Origin: an uncultured virus (IMG/VR IMGVR_UViG_3300030388_001635)
Lineage: Duplodnaviria > Heunggongvirae > Uroviricota > Caudoviricetes > Crassvirales
Virus record (IMG/VR): IMGVR_UViG_3300030388_001635
DNA length: 64,000 nt
Direction: 5' to 3' (one strand)
The position numbers and the translations under genes are program-made. The notes under the pieces were generated by a model, which was given only the letters and a program-made list of their open reading frames with translations, made no database searches and had not been told where the DNA came from. Below, one piece after another: positions 10,051 through 17,225 of the stretch (the first letter of the stretch is position 1; each line of letters begins with the position of its first letter).

Positions 10051-10163
10051 TATTTATTTTTTTTAGGAACACAGTTTGGCACAGGCTTTCCGCCTTTACC
10101 TTTTTTCATACCGTAAGCTATAAATCCTTTCCAACAAGGATTTTTCATTTTTTTCTTAGCCAT
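10050..10163 (-). CDS. Small basic protein with CWKG...VPNCVP motif (37 aa)
   Basis: Read by hand: MAKKKMKNPCWKGFIAYGMKKGKGGKPVPNCVPKKNK. TAATG coupling to both neighbours. Confidence 0.65.
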   Translation of the reverse strand: MAKKKMKNPCWKGFIAYGMKKGKGGKPVPNCVPKKNK

Positions 10164-10243
10164 TAGTAACTGCTTTTTGTTCTAGATTTAGGCTTTGTCT
10201 TTACCTTAACTTTCATTTTAGTCATTTTTTTCTTCTTCGCCAT
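10163..10243 (-). CDS. Very small Lys-rich peptide (26 aa)
   Basis: Read by hand: MAKKKKMTKMKVKVKTKPKSRTKSSY. Its stop overlaps the next ATG. Confidence 0.5.
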   Translation of the reverse strand: MAKKKKMTKMKVKVKTKPKSRTKSSY

Positions 10244-10324
10244 TTTATTCGTTTTGGTTATTTTGTAAAATTAATAATAAAAACATTAAAACATTTAAGC
10301 AAATTGCAATTATTATGTTCATGT

Positions 10325-10951
10325 TTATATAGAACTCATTTCTATAAGGAATGGACTAAAGTAATTAACAGGGTCTCTACTATTAGCTGACCATTTGTCG
10401 TTAATTAAGGTAGTGTATATCATTTCTCTAGGCAAATAGTTTATTTCCATATATGCCTTAGCTTCTTCGCTATGTTCTATTTCTATATAATTAGAGTTTC
10501 CTCTCAAATAATTGTTTACTCCAAAGTAAAACATACTAAGTAAACAATTTTCGTTTGCAATTGGTTTGCAAACGTCAAGAAATTTTTCATAATTTTCATC
10601 TTGAAAGGTATCGTGAAAGATTCCATCAAACTTTGCAGTTATAGTTGGTATAACATCTATCCAATCTCCAAGAAAAACAGTTACATTAGGCTTATCTTCT
10701 GCCCATTCAAGAGCTTTATTGTAATGGTTTATGTTTTTTTCTATTACAGTATAAGATTTTACTCCTTGACATACTATAGCATCAGCTGATATACCCATAC
10801 CAAATCCTACTTCTAAGATATCTCCACCATTTCTAGTAACCAATGAAGCAAAGTCTTGCATTAGTTTTGTTTCCGCATCATGCATTACAGGGAAATCTCC
10901 ATACCAAATGGCATTCTCTGTATACTCATAAATAGAATCAACAATTGTCAT
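10325..10951 (-). CDS. Class I SAM-dependent methyltransferase, GAMT/Rmt2-like
   Basis: VMHDAETKLM, GGDILEVGFGMGISA, YTVIE, GDWIDV and FDGIFHDTF follow the guanidinoacetate methyltransferase motif order. Confidence 0.8.
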   Translation of the reverse strand: MTIVDSIYEYTENAIWYGDFPVMHDAETKLMQDFASLVTRNGGDILEVGFGMGISADAIVCQGVKSYTVIEKNINHYNKALEWAEDKPNVTVFLGDWIDVIPTITAKFDGIFHDTFQDENYEKFLDVCKPIANENCLLSMFYFGVNNYLRGNSNYIEIEHSEEAKAYMEINYLPREMIYTTLINDKWSANSRDPVNYFSPFLIEMSSI

Positions 10952-10955
10952 TGTT

Positions 10956-11246
10956 TTATGCTCTAGAGTTTCGTGCTCTTCCGTATCTTTTAGCTTGCTT
11001 CATTCTTTGAACAGAATTATTACCTAAAGAAGCTAATCCTGTAACCCTCTGCTTTGTGGTTTTCTTTTTATTAAGAGCATTAAAATCTGATGGTTTTGTT
11101 CCCATATCCATTCCGTTACCGTCCTTAGCTCTCTGACCCTTTAAATAATCTGCTACTAGATTCTTGAAGTTATTGTTATTATTCTCTTCCTCATTTACCT
11201 TTGGCGTTTCTTCAGGTGGAATTATATTTTGTGATTCGTCTGACAT
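10956..11246 (-). CDS. Hypothetical protein (96 aa, basic C-terminus)
   Basis: ORF track; promoter motif at 11275-11282. Confidence 0.6.
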   Translation of the reverse strand: MSDESQNIIPPEETPKVNEEENNNNNFKNLVADYLKGQRAKDGNGMDMGTKPSDFNALNKKKTTKQRVTGLASLGNNSVQRMKQAKRYGRARNSRA

Positions 11247-11274
11247 AGTTGTAAGTTTTTATATTACTTTTAGG

Positions 11275-11282
11275 CAAAGATA
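11275..11282 (-). promoter_or_regulatory. Bacteroidota -7 element (TATCTTTG)
   Basis: CAAAGATA on the top strand in a divergent intergenic gap. Confidence 0.6.
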
Positions 11283-11295
11283 CAAATAAAATTAA

Positions 11296-11727
11296 ATGAA
11301 TTATAATTATTTAAAATATTGGAGAGTAGTTCGATATTTCATAAAATCTAAATACAATTTAAAAACTAGCGAGCTTGAGATGTTATTGTTTTTACATTCA
11401 GAAAAATATTTTGGAAAAGATAAGTTTAAAGAATTTGATGAACTTCTTAGTTGGAATGTAAATAGGTTTGACCAATTACTACAAAAAGGATGGATAGAAG
11501 TTTTTAGAAAACGATTAGGTAAACACAAAACATTATATTCTTTAAGCTTTAAGGCTAATAAAGTTGTTGACTCTGTTTATAAAAAACTTAACGGTGCGCC
11601 ATTGCCTGAATCTCCAACATCAAATCCTTTATTTAAAACTAATGTTTCCTTTACAGATAAAGTGTATCGTAATAAAATAAAAGAAATGAATAGCTTTATA
11701 CGACAACAACGACATCATTCTCCTTAA
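11296..11727 (+). CDS. Putative winged-helix (MarR-like) DNA-binding protein
   Basis: LKTSELEMLLFL...FDQLLQKGWIEVFRKR...LYSLSFKA pattern; the lone plus-strand gene in the late arm. Confidence 0.55.
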   Translation: MNYNYLKYWRVVRYFIKSKYNLKTSELEMLLFLHSEKYFGKDKFKEFDELLSWNVNRFDQLLQKGWIEVFRKRLGKHKTLYSLSFKANKVVDSVYKKLNGAPLPESPTSNPLFKTNVSFTDKVYRNKIKEMNSFIRQQRHHSP

Positions 11728-11953
11728 GAATAGAACAAGTCATTCCTTCAAGGACCATTTGATATCCTGCTCTTTTATCGTAATAAATTATATCATCTTT
11801 TTTAATAGAACTAACCTCAGTACCGGGAGTTATAACTTTAGCCTTTGCATATCTAAATTGTTCCGCATCATGTTCTGATAATAAAAGTCCTGATGAGGTT
11901 TTCATTTCTTCTTTAATATCCTCTGCTATTATGTATTTATTAATTGCTATCAT
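11696..11953 (-). CDS. groES: Co-chaperonin GroES (Cpn10)
   Basis: KTSSGLLL mobile loop, AKVITPG, IKKDDIIYY and ILKENDVVVV; overlaps the end of groEL. Confidence 0.85.
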   Translation of the reverse strand: MIAINKYIIAEDIKEEMKTSSGLLLSEHDAEQFRYAKAKVITPGTEVSSIKKDDIIYYDKRAGYQMVLEGMTCSILKENDVVVVV

Positions 11954-13568
11954 TAGACTCGTATGTTCTTGCCATTGTTATAATAGCGTTAGTAGATAAA
12001 ATAGTAACTGCAACGGATACCGCATTTTGTAATGCGTTCTTTGTAACCTTCATAGGGTCTATAATCCCCATGTCAATCATATCACCGTATGTCTCATTCT
12101 TTACATCGTAACCAACTCCATCCGCTTTTGATTCTTGATAGTGTTGTGAGATTGTACTCCCTGCATTCTCTAAAATTTGTGAGAGAGGCGAATACAATGA
12201 GTTGTATAAAATTGCGTCAGCAATTTTTTTTGAAGGACTTACCGGAGTATTGTATATTGGTTTAAAGTTTTGTACTATATCATATAGAGCAACTCCACCT
12301 CCCGGTAGTATTCCTTCTAACATAGCTGAACGAACTGCGCAAACAGCATCATCAACTCTATCAAACAATTCTTTTTGTTCAATATCTGTTTGTCCTCCTA
12401 CATATATAACGCCTATCCCTCCGCTTAAAGAAGCGATACGAGATAATATAAATTCTTTATCTGATTTATTAGTTGCAATTTCATGTGCATCCCATAGCTG
12501 AGTAACCCTCTCGCTTACATCAACGCCATCTTTAGAAGACTTAATAAGTATACTAGATTCTTTTCCTATAATACATTTATCTGCATGACCTAAATCATCA
12601 AATGAAATTAAGGATAAATCGTCACCTGTTTTTTCTGAAAAGTATTTTGCTCCAACCGACACAGCTATGTCTTGCATAAGCTCATGTTGTTTGTATCCAA
12701 ACTGTGGAGGTCCTATAACACAAATCTGTAAACCATTCTTCACAACATTAGCAGCTAAAGTGTTTACTACGTTAACCGACATAGGAGCAATGATTAATAA
12801 TTTTTTTTGTTCGTTGATTATTGGTTTTAGAATATTTTCAATTGCTAAGACATTAGATATCTCAGAATCACTTACTAATACCTCAACATTGTCAAGTATA
12901 CACTCGTCTTTCTTTTGGTTATTAATAAACAAAGGAGATGTCCATCCTCTTTCTATCTTAACACCATTTGTTGTTTCGCTGTATGTTTTACTAGACTCAG
13001 ATTTTTCTACAGTAACGATACCGTTCTTACCTACTTCTTTATATGTATCCGCAATAACCTTACCTATAACCTTGTCATTGTTTGCAGAAATAATAGCTAC
13101 GTCAAGTAATCTTTTATTGGTAATTTTTTTAGAAGCTTTTTTTAATTTACTTATTACTATCTCAGTTTCGCTAACAACTTCTTTAAGAACCTCTGCTCTG
13201 TTTGTAGTATCATCCATTAGCGTATCGCCTTGCTTAACTAATGCTTCTGTTAATACTATTGCTGTTGTTGTACCGTCTCCTGCTGAGGTAGCTGTGTTGT
13301 CCGCAGCTTGCTTCATCATGCGTACTGCAAGATTTTCTACAGGGTCAACTAAATCTACAGCTTTAGCTACGGTTACACCGTCCTTAGTAACTGTAAGTCC
13401 ACCCGTAACATATGCAGATTCTATTAGTACTGTATTACCTCTCGGTCCTAATGTACTTTTAACTGCGTTAGCGATTTTTGTAATTCCGGAGATTAATTTA
13501 TTTCTCCCCGTTTCCCCAAAAGATAAGTCCTTCGGATTGAAGCCTGATGGCATTTGCATTTGATTCAT
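11940..13568 (-). CDS. groEL: Group I chaperonin GroEL (phage-encoded)
   Basis: VKSTLGPRG, VTKDGVTVA, AGDGTTTA, EGILPGGG and GIIDPMKVT; no C-terminal GGM tail. Confidence 0.97.
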   Translation of the reverse strand: MNQMQMPSGFNPKDLSFGETGRNKLISGITKIANAVKSTLGPRGNTVLIESAYVTGGLTVTKDGVTVAKAVDLVDPVENLAVRMMKQAADNTATSAGDGTTTAIVLTEALVKQGDTLMDDTTNRAEVLKEVVSETEIVISKLKKASKKITNKRLLDVAIISANNDKVIGKVIADTYKEVGKNGIVTVEKSESSKTYSETTNGVKIERGWTSPLFINNQKKDECILDNVEVLVSDSEISNVLAIENILKPIINEQKKLLIIAPMSVNVVNTLAANVVKNGLQICVIGPPQFGYKQHELMQDIAVSVGAKYFSEKTGDDLSLISFDDLGHADKCIIGKESSILIKSSKDGVDVSERVTQLWDAHEIATNKSDKEFILSRIASLSGGIGVIYVGGQTDIEQKELFDRVDDAVCAVRSAMLEGILPGGGVALYDIVQNFKPIYNTPVSPSKKIADAILYNSLYSPLSQILENAGSTISQHYQESKADGVGYDVKNETYGDMIDMGIIDPMKVTKNALQNAVSVAVTILSTNAIITMARTYESNDSN

Positions 13569-13590
13569 AGTGTATTGGATTTAATTTATA

Positions 13591-13598
13591 CAAAGGTA
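13591..13598 (-). promoter_or_regulatory. Bacteroidota -7 element (TACCTTTG) for groEL-groES
   Basis: CAAAGGTA on the top strand, 22 nt upstream of the groEL ATG. Confidence 0.6.
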
Positions 13599-13705
13599 AT
13601 AAAACTAATTGGAATTGAGAAACTGTGTTAATTATTTATGTTCCTTACTCTCTCTCTCTCTTTTACTGTGGACTACTTTTTTATTTTGAATTTGTTTTTG
13701 GTTTC

Positions 13706-13787
13706 AAATCAACATTTCAACATTATATTTTATAGTAGATTGATTATTAATTAATTACAATTTTTAAAATCAACACAAAATCAACAT
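13706..13787. repeat. CAACA iteron-like block A (AT-rich intergenic)
   Basis: AAATCAACATTTCAACA ... AAATCAACACAAAATCAACAT; the same layout recurs at 22991-23062. Confidence 0.6.
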
Positions 13788-13807
13788 GTTAATGTTAAGT
13801 ATGTAGC

Positions 13808-13841
13808 AAAAAAAAAGAGGACTAACTAAAGTCCCCTCTTT
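13808..13841 (-). terminator. Intrinsic terminator
   Basis: AAAGAGG/CCTCTTT stem with an A-run (U-tract on minus), downstream of ORF 13867-14088. Confidence 0.6.
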
Positions 13842-13866
13842 CCCAATCAACACACATTTCTTTTTG

Positions 13867-14088
13867 CTAATATCCGAATACATTTCTGCCATCCATTCTC
13901 ATCTTAGCTCTTTCAATACCGTCTGCAATACAATCTATTTTATATTGTTTTTTCATTTGCTGTCTATACATAGCTGCTTGAGCAATTCCTGTTTGACTAT
14001 CTTGTCTGTCATTAATTTCCCTACCGTTTTTTATATACAGTCCTTCCATTACGTTTGACTTCTTTGGGTCTTTCTTTAATTGTTTCAT
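13867..14088 (-). CDS. Hypothetical protein (73 aa)
   Basis: ORF track; A-rich start context; followed by a terminator. Confidence 0.65.
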   Translation of the reverse strand: MKQLKKDPKKSNVMEGLYIKNGREINDRQDSQTGIAQAAMYRQQMKKQYKIDCIADGIERAKMRMDGRNVFGY

Positions 14089-14552
14089 GACTTTTATTTT
14101 TTGCTAAGTTACAAATTTTTTTGAGATATGTGTAGTGTTTATGTTCCCCCCCATAATGCGACTGATGGCTGAGAAATGAAAACACTTTTTTTTTAATAGG
14201 GGGGGTAGTTATTCTATTAATCCCTATCAGATTTTTTTCAAAATTCGCTGCTGCCTAGCTCCCTAGTCTTACCTCCTGCTCTAAGCTACAGCTCTGTCTA
14301 TTGTACGCATTCACTCCTCTGTCATGACATGCTCTTGCCCTGCATATCCTCATCATTATCTCTATACTGAATATATAATTCTATTAAATGACCTAGACAT
14401 TTAAGAGAGCCTATCCTCCATGTGTAATCTAGGTAAATATATCGTAGGGAAATCTTCATGCATAACTTCCTCAGCCTCAACAACTTACAATGTAAGAAAT
14501 ACAAGCAATAAAAAATAATACCAAAAACATTAGTTATTGTCATAAGTTAGAC

Positions 14553-14560
14553 TATCTTTG
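14553..14560 (+). promoter_or_regulatory. Early promoter -7 element (TATCTTTG)
   Basis: Matches TAnnTTTG, 32 nt upstream of the first plus-strand gene. Confidence 0.7.
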
Positions 14561-14592
14561 AACCATATTAATTAATTAAAAAATAACACATT

Positions 14593-15540
14593 ATGAGAAA
14601 ATTTACAAAAATCAATCCTTATCAGAAGATTAATCAGATAGTCATAGACGGGCTACAGAAATCAGGTTTACAATGGTTCAAAGCATGGACAAATGCTAAA
14701 GGTGATATAGAACATCCAATCAATAGAAATAGCAAGCGAGCATACTCAGGTGTTAATGTATTCTTTTTAAATGCATCATGTGTGCAGGCAGGTTATAAAT
14801 CTAATGAATGGTTAACTTATGTCGGAGCTAAGAAATTAGGAGGTTCAGTAAGAAGAGGAGAGAAATCAACTTGTGTAGTTAGACAGCTGATATCCTTTAA
14901 GATAGATGGGAAATGGTACTTAGAAGCACAAATTCCCGCAGGCAGAACAAAGAAAGATGCTACTCAACTAGCATTTAATATAGCGACAAACAATGTCTTC
15001 AATGTAGACCAAATTGATGGAGTTGAAGCATGCAGAGAAATCATAGAAGGAGCTACAGAAGACAACTTAGATGTTAAACCAATTGATACATGTGAGAAGA
15101 TAATTTCTGACTATGTGTTATCATCTAATGTAAAAATTAGAGAGGTAAATTCAAATGAAGCATTCTACTCACCTAATAGAGACATGATACAAATGCCGAC
15201 AAAAAAACAATTTGCTGAGAAGACATCAGTTGATGATTATTACAAGACATTGTTTCATGAGATGCTACATTCAACAGGACATGAGTCTAGACTAAACAGA
15301 TTCAAAAACGATGGTAATCAAGAGGATAAGGTTTCTTATTCAAAAGAAGAGCTTGTTGCTGAGATTGGAGCTATGTATCTTGTATCGATTGCTAAGATAA
15401 ATCCACAAGACAATGAGAGAAATTCACAAGCCTATATCAACGGATGGATTAAACACATCAAGACAAGCCATGAGAAATCACTTGTATCAGCAATGACCCA
15501 AGCTCAGAAAGGTGTTAAACTTATCTTGACAAATAGTTAA
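14593..15540 (+). CDS. ardC: ArdC-like antirestriction/ssDNA-binding protein with zincin-like domain
   Basis: PINRNSKRAYSGVN, WLTY..AKKLGGSVRRGEKS, VFNVDQ, AFYSP..D.IQMP, HEMLHSTGHESRLNR and YSKEELVAEIGA. Confidence 0.92.
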   Translation: MRKFTKINPYQKINQIVIDGLQKSGLQWFKAWTNAKGDIEHPINRNSKRAYSGVNVFFLNASCVQAGYKSNEWLTYVGAKKLGGSVRRGEKSTCVVRQLISFKIDGKWYLEAQIPAGRTKKDATQLAFNIATNNVFNVDQIDGVEACREIIEGATEDNLDVKPIDTCEKIISDYVLSSNVKIREVNSNEAFYSPNRDMIQMPTKKQFAEKTSVDDYYKTLFHEMLHSTGHESRLNRFKNDGNQEDKVSYSKEELVAEIGAMYLVSIAKINPQDNERNSQAYINGWIKHIKTSHEKSLVSAMTQAQKGVKLILTNS

Positions 15541-15589
15541 CTGACGATTCCTGAAGGATGAAACGTCTCCTGTCGGAGACGTATTAACT
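15535..15589 (+). ncRNA. Type I hammerhead ribozyme HH1 (predicted cleavage after GUA, 15583)
   Basis: Stem I AGTTAA/TTAACT; core CTGACGA; stem II TCC-TGAA-GGA; GAAA; stem III CGTCTCC-TGTC-GGAGACG; then TA. Confidence 0.92.
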
Positions 15590-15615
15590 TAATAAAAATT
15601 AAAACACAAAACATT

Positions 15616-15957
15616 ATGAAAACTTTACAAGATTTATTTACAATTCAAGGAATAGCAACTAAGGAGTCAATGGAAGGAAGAGCATTAAGAACTAGCGAAA
15701 CAGCTAGTTACTCAGGGAACACATGGTTCTTTACTTTCTCAGGTCATGTCAATTCAATGAGCTGTGATTATTATCCTCTTGGATGGAAAAAACAGGAAGA
15801 CGATAGAGGAAAGCCAACTGCTTCTAACTCAAATGCGATAGTATATTCTATGGATGTTTATCTTACTGATGCAGGCATTCAATTGATGTATTGGTTCATC
15901 TATAAGCATTTAACTCCATCAGGACAGGGAGATGCAATTGTAGGACCAACTAGTTAA
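15616..15957 (+). CDS. Early hypothetical protein (113 aa), bounded by HH1 and HH2
   Basis: ORF track; its stop TAA lies within HH2 stem I. Confidence 0.8.
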   Translation: MKTLQDLFTIQGIATKESMEGRALRTSETASYSGNTWFFTFSGHVNSMSCDYYPLGWKKQEDDRGKPTASNSNAIVYSMDVYLTDAGIQLMYWFIYKHLTPSGQGDAIVGPTS

Positions 15958-16006
15958 CTGACGATTCGGTAACGATGAAACGTCTCCTGACGGAGACGTA
16001 TTAACT
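15952..16006 (+). ncRNA. Type I hammerhead ribozyme HH2 (predicted cleavage after 16000)
   Basis: AGTTAA CTGACGA T-TCG-GTAA-CGA-T GAAA CGTCTCC-TGAC-GGAGACG TA TTAACT; compensatory C-G to G-C change in stem II. Confidence 0.92.
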
Positions 16007-16023
16007 TAATTAAAAATAATATT

Positions 16024-16389
16024 ATGAATTCACATACAATGAAAGACCTAAAAAATAACGATGCAAAACCAATCATGGTACTAAATGTTTTAACTGAAGA
16101 GTACCAAGTATTTATGAATGGTTATGACCTAGAAACCAATCTTGTCTCAGCTATCATTTTTGCAACAGGAGACAGCAAGAAAATTTTAGATGATGACTAC
16201 AGAAATAAGATTAAAAAAGAAGCAAGGATAGAATACATGGTTACTAAGCTTGGAGCAAAGAAAGTTTACTCTCCTGAATTCGACATGATATCTTACTATC
16301 AAGTACAACATGAATTCTTCAAAGATGAGTCTATCAAAAAGCTACAACAACTTTCAAGCACAGCTACACATGATTATCTAAATAGTTAA
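16024..16389 (+). CDS. Early hypothetical protein (121 aa), bounded by HH2 and HH3
   Basis: ORF track; its stop TAA lies within HH3 stem I. Confidence 0.8.
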   Translation: MNSHTMKDLKNNDAKPIMVLNVLTEEYQVFMNGYDLETNLVSAIIFATGDSKKILDDDYRNKIKKEARIEYMVTKLGAKKVYSPEFDMISYYQVQHEFFKDESIKKLQQLSSTATHDYLNS

Positions 16390-16438
16390 CTGACGATTCC
16401 ACAAGGATGAAACGTCTCCTGTCGGAGACGTATTAACT
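16384..16438 (+). ncRNA. Type I hammerhead ribozyme HH3 (predicted cleavage after 16432)
   Basis: AGTTAA CTGACGA T-TCC-ACAA-GGA-T GAAA CGTCTCC-TGTC-GGAGACG TA TTAACT. Confidence 0.92.
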
Positions 16439-16458
16439 TAAAATTAAAATAACACATT

Positions 16459-16713
16459 ATGAAAAAAAGTAAAATTTATTTAGAAGCAACAGCAAGTTTT
16501 GTTGCAACAGCTTTTGTCAGCATTCTTGCAGTCAAAGTTATGTTCCATGTCTTTATTGATATAGACGGAATTGGAGATTGGATGCTATGGATATTCATGC
16601 TAGGTTTTAATCTATTCTTGATAGTCATTGTAGCTAATCTATTTTATGTTCATTACAATGAAGAGCTTACATCATTAAGGCGTAGAGATAATGATACAAC
16701 AACAAATTTATAA
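16459..16713 (+). CDS. Early membrane protein (2 TM helices)
   Basis: Two long hydrophobic segments; AAAATAACACATTATG start context. Confidence 0.75.
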   Translation: MKKSKIYLEATASFVATAFVSILAVKVMFHVFIDIDGIGDWMLWIFMLGFNLFLIVIVANLFYVHYNEELTSLRRRDNDTTTNL

Positions 16714-16715
16714 AC

Positions 16716-17135
16716 ATGGAAAAGAAAATAACAAAATTCGGAAAAGACTATTGGTCAGAAACAGGAGCTTACAGTAAAGAAGCTAAGGCATTAATAGATG
16801 ACCTAGTACCAAATATGGGAAGGGCTAAAACCAATCATGGTGAGCTACTGAGATGTATCACTAATCTTATCTATGAGCATGGAAACAATGGCAATGGTAA
16901 TACCTTTGGTCAATGGGACAAGCTTGAGAGTCATTGGGAAAAACAACTTGAGTACTTGATTCAAAACATGGATGATACCATCTCTGCGAAAGGATTAAAA
17001 GCTTTTGTTTCATCACTTAACAGAGACGAACATCTTAAGAAGTATAATCATAGATACTCTATGGTTATGGATAGTATAATGCATCAAATAATCACAACAG
17101 AAGACAGGCAAGTTACATTGTTCGATAGTGAATAG
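16716..17135 (+). CDS. Early hypothetical protein (139 aa)
   Basis: ORF track; LVP..G...T.HGELLR....L.YE..NNGNGN motif. Confidence 0.8.
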   Translation: MEKKITKFGKDYWSETGAYSKEAKALIDDLVPNMGRAKTNHGELLRCITNLIYEHGNNGNGNTFGQWDKLESHWEKQLEYLIQNMDDTISAKGLKAFVSSLNRDEHLKKYNHRYSMVMDSIMHQIITTEDRQVTLFDSE

Positions 17136-17154
17136 TGTATGACAGGACCAATTC

Positions 17155-17185
17155 TTGTCTAATTCAAATATTATTATTATATTTG
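17155..17185 (+). promoter_or_regulatory. Bacteroidota sigma-A promoter (TTG-N20-TATATTTG)
   Basis: TTG at 17155-17157 and TATATTTG at 17178-17185. Confidence 0.75.
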
Positions 17186-17198
17186 TAATATCAATAAG

Positions 17199-17225
17199 GA
17201 TTCCTGAGCATGAATCAAACTGCTC
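17199..17225 (+). ncRNA. Compact H-type pseudoknot
   Basis: GATTC (17199-203) pairs with GAATC (17212-216); loop GAGCA (17206-210) pairs with TGCTC (17221-225). Confidence 0.6.

Noticed and set aside
12202..13563. Plus-strand ORFs of 99 and 298 aa (and similar antisense ORFs at 8392, 34797, 37752, 40116, 41683)
   Set aside because: These are shadow frames opposite well-supported genes, with no motifs or start context.
14322..14543. 73-aa minus-strand ORF in the divergence zone
   Set aside because: Atypical composition and no recognisable motif; probably non-coding.
15535..16438. CRISPR array or simple terminator/REP interpretation of the 55-bp repeats
   Set aside because: The spacers are 360-380 bp whole genes, no cas genes are present and there is no U-tract. 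The repeats contain the full hammerhead core with covarying stems.
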